Of a stretch of 64,000 nucleotides of DNA, positions 58,404 to 64,000 are shown piece after piece (position 1 is the first letter of the stretch; every line of letters starts with the position of its first letter). The notes under the pieces are model-generated. The model had not been told where the DNA came from and did not search any database. It saw only the letters and a program-made list of their open reading frames with translations. The DNA is from Flectonema sp. DT1601 (Eukaryota). The position numbers and the translations under genes were made by a program. The stretch spans positions 1,240,001 through 1,304,000 of the forward strand of contig OZ025796.1 in NCBI GenBank assembly GCA_964019425.1, written 5' to 3'.

Positions 58404-60527
58404 ATGAGTTCGTATGAAGAAAAGGTTCACAAAGTTTGGGAAGAAGTTGGAGACAGTAAAGTCCAATGGAATGAACTTCTCTCTGAAGCTGCGGTAGATC
58501 AAGATACCTCTGAAGAACTATTGCTTCAATGTGGAGTAGGAGAGAAGGGAATGGAATCGTTTTTCTGTTTATACCCAATTCTATTGGATGCGTTAACGAG
58601 AATTATTCACCTCCGAATACTTAAACGACAGTTGGATGAATCGAGTAAACAAATAAACGAAGCTGAAGATCAGCTTGTTACCATCACAGAACAAGTTGTT
58701 AAAAAAAGACAAGCTATCCCACAGGCTTCTTCTGATCTACGGAACTCAGTCAATCACCAGAATACGGTGTCAGTAATAAGCCAGTATCCAGTACTATCAA
58801 AGAAAGGAAAGGCTCCTTATTCTGCTGCTCATGACAACTCAGGGCATGCTTATGATAGGCAAGCAATGATTGAATACGCAAACAGACTTACCTCATTATG
58901 GAAAAATAAAAAAGGTTCTATCCTTGATGAGTTGGTAGCAAATTTAAAATCACCTACAGAAGCTGCGAGACTTCCTCGAATTCAAGCGACGTGTAGAACA
59001 TTAAAACAGGTATCGGGAAATTATTATAAAAATTATTGTTCTCTAGAATTGATATGCCTTTATCTATATACGATGGCTGCTCCTGACGTCGATAATATGA
59101 TGGGATACAAAGCTCCTATTCATTCTCAAAATAATTCAGAAGAGTGGAATTCATACAAAGCTAAGAATCCAGTTGTATTCAGAGCAGTTAACTGGGCCAT
59201 GCGTACAGCAGTTGACAGGGAAGAGTCTTGGACTGTTATTGAGAAGTGGGTGAAATTCATAGTACTGTTGATAGCCATGGCGAAAAAATCTGGAAAAAGA
59301 TCCGAATCAACGAATGAATTATCTCGTGGTCTGGCAGGACTTCCGATATCTGTTGTGACCGATCATGAGAACATGAAGTTGGGAAGCTCTTTATTCTGGC
59401 CAGCACCATCATCATGTTCTCTTGATCCAAAAATTTCAGCCGACTACGTTGCTGGAGCCGCAGCAAATGCGACAAAGTCAGATGAAGAAGGGAACTCAAA
59501 CTGTTTGTTATATAAAATAAACGAGTCCTCTCACGGAGTAGCACTTCATCACGTAAGTAGATATCCGGAAGAAGCTGAAATATTACTGTCACCTCTTAGT
59601 GAGTTTACTGTAGAAAGTGTTACTAAAAATCCAACCAACTCCTACCTTGACGTAACACTAATCAATAAAGGTCCCTTATCATGTCCAGCTCTAGATGACG
59701 TCTGTAGTGAGGCGTTGGCTGAAGCAAGTAGAGCATCGCAATTGGTTGATAGCACACCTTCTGATGCGGCTGTGATTGGTATCTACACAGCACGAGTTGA
59801 ACACTTGCAGCGATGGCAGTATTGTAAAGCAGCGATAACGAAGGAAGTAAATGATCAAAGAGATTTAATCGCGTCGTTGGAAGATGAAAAAAGCAAAACA
59901 GAAATCGAAGAAGGTTTGAAAAAACAGAGGATATCTGAACTGGAAAAACAATTGGCCGACGAGATGAGAAAACTCTCAGCCATCGAATCGAAAAATAAGC
60001 AACTCCGAGGCGAGCTGTCTTCACAAAACAGTAATTTAAAAATACTCTCAGTAAGAGAAGAGAATGCTGGTGATGAAGCAGCCAGTCTGGCTTCTTTATT
60101 AGCAGGTTCTGAATCAGAAGTTCAATCGGCCAAGGATTCTATCACTCGCGCGGGGATAGATGCCAATCGTGAAATTGAACGTCAAAAACGAATTGTCGAA
60201 TCCGCTAAAAAGCTCTTTCGAGATGCTGAAAATGATAAACACAATCAGGAAGTGTTCATCGATGAATGCAAAGCTGACCACTCGAAATTATCTTCTGAGG
60301 TTACAAATTTAGAAGCACTTGGTGAACAGGAAAACACTGCTCCACTCATTGAGCAGGAAATCCGAGTTTGTGAACAACGCTTCGCACTCAAACGTCACGA
60401 AGAAGAACACCGCTCAGCATTAAAAGTCTTAACCGACTCACGAATTCGACAACAGCCAAGAGCAAAGTCAACTGATGGAAAACGCGCAGCAAGTGTAACG
60501 TCTCTTCCTTACGAGAGGAGTCCTTAG
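58404..60527 (+). CDS. Putative R-S-E class (NAD:arginine-type) mono-ADP-ribosyltransferase domain flanked by coiled coils
   Basis: LYLYT..FRAVNWAMR; LSRGL (R at 59325), WPAPSSCS (59409-59420), SRYPEEAEILLSPLSEF (E-x-E at 59571-59579); no signal peptide. Confidence 0.75.
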   Translation: MSSYEEKVHKVWEEVGDSKVQWNELLSEAAVDQDTSEELLLQCGVGEKGMESFFCLYPILLDALTRIIHLRILKRQLDESSKQINEAEDQLVTITEQVVKKRQAIPQASSDLRNSVNHQNTVSVISQYPVLSKKGKAPYSAAHDNSGHAYDRQAMIEYANRLTSLWKNKKGSILDELVANLKSPTEAARLPRIQATCRTLKQVSGNYYKNYCSLELICLYLYTMAAPDVDNMMGYKAPIHSQNNSEEWNSYKAKNPVVFRAVNWAMRTAVDREESWTVIEKWVKFIVLLIAMAKKSGKRSESTNELSRGLAGLPISVVTDHENMKLGSSLFWPAPSSCSLDPKISADYVAGAAANATKSDEEGNSNCLLYKINESSHGVALHHVSRYPEEAEILLSPLSEFTVESVTKNPTNSYLDVTLINKGPLSCPALDDVCSEALAEASRASQLVDSTPSDAAVIGIYTARVEHLQRWQYCKAAITKEVNDQRDLIASLEDEKSKTEIEEGLKKQRISELEKQLADEMRKLSAIESKNKQLRGELSSQNSNLKILSVREENAGDEAASLASLLAGSESEVQSAKDSITRAGIDANREIERQKRIVESAKKLFRDAENDKHNQEVFIDECKADHSKLSSEVTNLEALGEQENTAPLIEQEIRVCEQRFALKRHEEEHRSALKVLTDSRIRQQPRAKSTDGKRAASVTSLPYERSP

Positions 60528-60728
60528 ATAATTCATAATTTGAAATTAGATTTTCTGTTTCTCCTCTCCTCGTAAGCTAACGATAAGAGAGAACAGATGG
60601 TTTGTTTACTGTATCTTTATTAGAATTTATATTTTTAGTTGTTTTTTTTTGTGTCAAAAATGAAGTGAATAACTCGTTTTTTTCTTTCTAAACAAAAGCT
60701 TTCCCTCCCCGAACACTAACTTCGTAAC

Positions 60729-62033
60729 ATGTCTTCAGCACCAGAATTCAGTGCCGGGTCACCAGGTATGCGCACCGTGCCATCGAGTGACACAGATATG
60801 TCGGTTGTCGACGCCGTCGATGAGCAATCAATTTGGGGAAATCCTGAAGCCGCACCAGCAGATGCAGTATTCGGATTGGTTGCGCAATATAAGAAAGATG
60901 ATAGCCCTGATAAAATTGATTTAGTTGTGGGAGCTTACAGAACAGAAGAAGGAAAACCATATCTTTTACCATCTGTATCAGAGGCAGAGAAAAGAATTGC
61001 TGCTGCTCAACTCGACAAGGAATACCTTCCAATTGATGGTCTCAAGGAATTTAGAGATGCGGCTGTTGAACTTGCGTTGGGTTCGAACAGTTCTGCGGTT
61101 GCTGAGAATCGAGTGATGTCAATTCAATCATTATCAGGAACAGGTGCTCTTCAATTAGTAGCTTCTTTATATCATAGTCTTGGACCAAATTCAGGTGTTT
61201 ACGTTAGTAATCCAACGTGGGCTAATCACAGAGCAATCTTCGAAGCTGCTGGTCTTCAAGTTGGAACATACAGATATTGGGATGCTGAACAGAAGTCATT
61301 AAACTTTAGTGGAATGTTAACTGACTTAAATAGTATTCCTGCTGGTTCAATTGTTGTTCTTCATCTCTGTGCTCATAATCCAACTGGTGTAGATCCTACT
61401 AAGGCTCAGTGGAGAGATGTTGCAGCTGTTTGTCAATCAAAGGGTCACAAAGTAGTATTTGACTCAGCTTACCAAGGTTACTGTTCAGGTGATCTTGATG
61501 ACGACGCCTGGGCTGCGAGATACTTCGCAGAAATGGACATGGAATTCTCGATTACTCAATCGTTCTCTAAGAACATGGGACTGTACGGAGAACGTTGCGG
61601 ATGTCTAATTCAAGTCTGCAAAAGCAGCCATCTTGCGACTGTCTTATCGAGTCGTGTTAAGGCAATTGCTAGACGTACTTACAGTAATCCTCCAAAACAC
61701 GGAGCTCGTATTGCCACAATGATCCTGACTGATCCTTCTCTTCGCGCTCAATGGGTTGAAGAACTGAAGGGTATGAGTAAGCGTATCTCAGAGATGAGAG
61801 TTCTGTTACAAAAAGAACTCTTAGAACGTGATACTGAAGGTAATTGGTCTCACATCACAAGTCAAAGAGGAATGTTTAGCTACACTGGAGTATCAAAGGA
61901 CGTAACGGAGTTTATGAAAAAAGAAAGACACGTCTACCTTCTCGGATCGGGAAGAATTTCTGTTGCTGGAGTCACAAGTGACAATGCTGCCTACATTGCT
62001 GATGCTATGACTAGTGGAATGGCTGTGTGTTAG
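60729..62033 (+). CDS. GOT: Aspartate aminotransferase (class I PLP)
   Basis: VGAYRTEEGKP, EYLPIDGL, QSLSGTGAL, PTWANH, HLCAHNPTGVDPT, FDSAYQG, QSFSKNMGLYGER, YSNPP.HGARI, GMFSYTG, GRIS. Confidence 0.97.
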   Translation: MSSAPEFSAGSPGMRTVPSSDTDMSVVDAVDEQSIWGNPEAAPADAVFGLVAQYKKDDSPDKIDLVVGAYRTEEGKPYLLPSVSEAEKRIAAAQLDKEYLPIDGLKEFRDAAVELALGSNSSAVAENRVMSIQSLSGTGALQLVASLYHSLGPNSGVYVSNPTWANHRAIFEAAGLQVGTYRYWDAEQKSLNFSGMLTDLNSIPAGSIVVLHLCAHNPTGVDPTKAQWRDVAAVCQSKGHKVVFDSAYQGYCSGDLDDDAWAARYFAEMDMEFSITQSFSKNMGLYGERCGCLIQVCKSSHLATVLSSRVKAIARRTYSNPPKHGARIATMILTDPSLRAQWVEELKGMSKRISEMRVLLQKELLERDTEGNWSHITSQRGMFSYTGVSKDVTEFMKKERHVYLLGSGRISVAGVTSDNAAYIADAMTSGMAVC

Positions 62034-64000
62034 TTAATTAAATTTTATAATTCCGTTTTAAAAGCAGACAAAACTGCAATAGCGAAGTCCGCAAGGGGGA
62101 GCACATATTCTTCCAGAAACAGTTCATAGATTCCGCGAGAAGAAAATTGGGCGCTCCCCTTCATTCTCTCATTCACTATTCTCACATACATTCTCGTCGC
62201 TTGACTGAATATCAATTAGGTGTCTACAACACAGTCATTAAAAAAAAAAAAACGAAAAAAGAAAAAGATAAAAAGGTTGTGATCCCCAAAAAAAAATATT
62301 TCTGGGAAGCATCACAAAGAATTGTAAAAAGAACCAACTTTGAGAAGAAAATAAAATAAACTTGCCCCAACTGGTTGTTCTTCACAAGAAAAACACGAAG
62401 TTAAAAAAAAAAATAATTAAAAAAAAAAAAACCAAACTAACGATTTGCGTAGCAAGTACGGTAGTTCTCTTTTTACCCCACTAATCGGTAGCGTGTAATG
62501 TATTGTTATTTAAAAAAAAAAAAAATAAAGATTATGAATAAGAAAAGAGCCGAAGTCCCTATTGAGAAACGGCACGAAACTCCACCGAGTCCTGTTTTCA
62601 TTTTGTTTTTTTTCATTTCTTTCTGTGTTTACTTTTTATTTCATTAGAATTCCTCAAAAGGGTGATGTAGATTTGACCTCGTCTCTCGTGACGTACGATA
62701 GGTTTGATTTCATTCACCAAATTATTAGTTAATTACTGCGACCCGAGCTGCTCGGCTGCGCGCAGCTCTTCTTATCTGTCTCTCTCCGTCCTACGTGGGT
62801 ATTGAGATGTGCATTTGTAATGATTTGCGTCTCGTCATTTTTTAATCTGTCTTATAGATCTCACTGCATTGGAAAAAAAATTTGTACATTGCTGGACTTA
62901 CAGGTAAGTTCAGCAGGTGGAAAGCTCCAGTGAGAGGTCATTACGAGTTTAAAAAAAAAAAAATCTTTGTTCGTTTCATTTGTACCCAATTCATTTTGAA
63001 ACTACACAATAAAAATAACAAACTTGGATACTGCAGATGTCTTTTTGTTTTGTAGTGTTCACACTGTTATGTCGGATAATCTGTGCCACTTAGTTGGCTA
63101 CACTTTTGTATAAGGCATAACATGTTCTTGTTAATTGTGCAATGTTGTTGTCTTCCCTGAATCTTCCCTAGGTTACTTGGAGACCTTTGTAAGAGAGATA
63201 ACTCTTTCTTTTTCTTCCCTTAAAAACTATGATGTAATGCATGGTTTCTTTTATCGGGCATTCTCCAGGAGTTTTTTCTGCGGTGACATTCCGCAGTGGT
63301 TGAAACGGGGAATTCGTTTCTCAAACGTGGTTGTTTAAAATAGCACAACTCTCCTGTTTCCCGAAAAATTTCTTTTTTTTTTTTTTTTTTTTTTTTTTCG
63401 TTAGCGCGTGTTTTTGCTTTCGGTTTTATTGCCTGGCAAAAAAAAAAAAAAAAATACGAAAAGAAATAAAATTATCCTATTGTGTTCACTGTTCTGAAGT
63501 TGTTTCTTTACTTTTATTTATCTGTTAGGCGGCTGTAGATGTTGTTGTGCTCTTCTTTACTCCTTCTGTCTCCTCTTTTTTTTTTTGGGTTTTTGAGTCT
63601 TCGAGGACAGCGGCTAACATGTTGACTTGGCGCAATAGCGAATTAGGAAAAAAAAAAAAAAAAAAAAAAAGGATAAGGTGATTCTGAATTTTTTGACTTA
63701 AAATTAGGTACTATATTGTTTATTGTACTAGGATGATGGTTGGTTTTTTATTTATTCATTTATTTTTATTATTATTATTATTTTTGTTCTTCTTCATATT
63801 TGTGTTCCCAAAAAAAAAAAAAAAACTCCAAGATAAATATAGTGGAAAAAAAAATAATAATAATGAAAAAAGAAATGAATAAAGTGTGATGGAGGCATTT
63901 GTTTGTTTGTTTGTCTCAGTTGATAGGAAAAAAAAAAAAGACGAAGCTGAGCAATAACATTCTTAGAATCGTTTTTTTCTTTCCTTTTCTTTTTTTACAA

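Noticed and set aside
63280..63335. tRNA-like start (ggtgacattccgcagtggttgaaacgg)
   Set aside because: No T-arm or acceptor-stem complement.

Overview
AT-rich eukaryotic (protist) nuclear DNA with long poly(A)/poly(T) intergenic tracts. Fifteen intact protein genes all lie on the + strand; the only minus-strand coding piece is an orphan exon. Co-directional genes, few short GT-AG introns and a PDEB-like GAF phosphodiesterase suggest a euglenozoan, possibly a diplonemid (inference, not proven). 1-13.4 kb: five tandem copies of a secreted ~390-aa Cys-rich protein with patchy, mosaic variation; the spacers carry a decayed LINE RT fragment and a 408-bp TSD-flanked structured insertion. Then follow an AMPK-gamma/SNF4-like CBS protein, REI1/ZNF622, a 3292-aa repeat membrane protein, an ammonium transporter, an SPX-EXS phosphate exporter, a multi-GAF class I PDE, an NCS/CBL-like EF-hand protein, a 3130-aa disordered repeat protein, a PH/TH1-like protein, a Harbinger-type MITE, an orphan SnoaL/DUF4440 exon, an R-S-E ADP-ribosyltransferase-like coiled-coil protein and an aspartate aminotransferase. 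Most notable: all nine hand-reconstructed cis introns have T-rich 5' parts and A/C-rich 3' ends with no polypyrimidine tract, whereas pyrimidine-tract+AG sites lie upstream of start codons. All calls come from reading the sequence; no searches were run.
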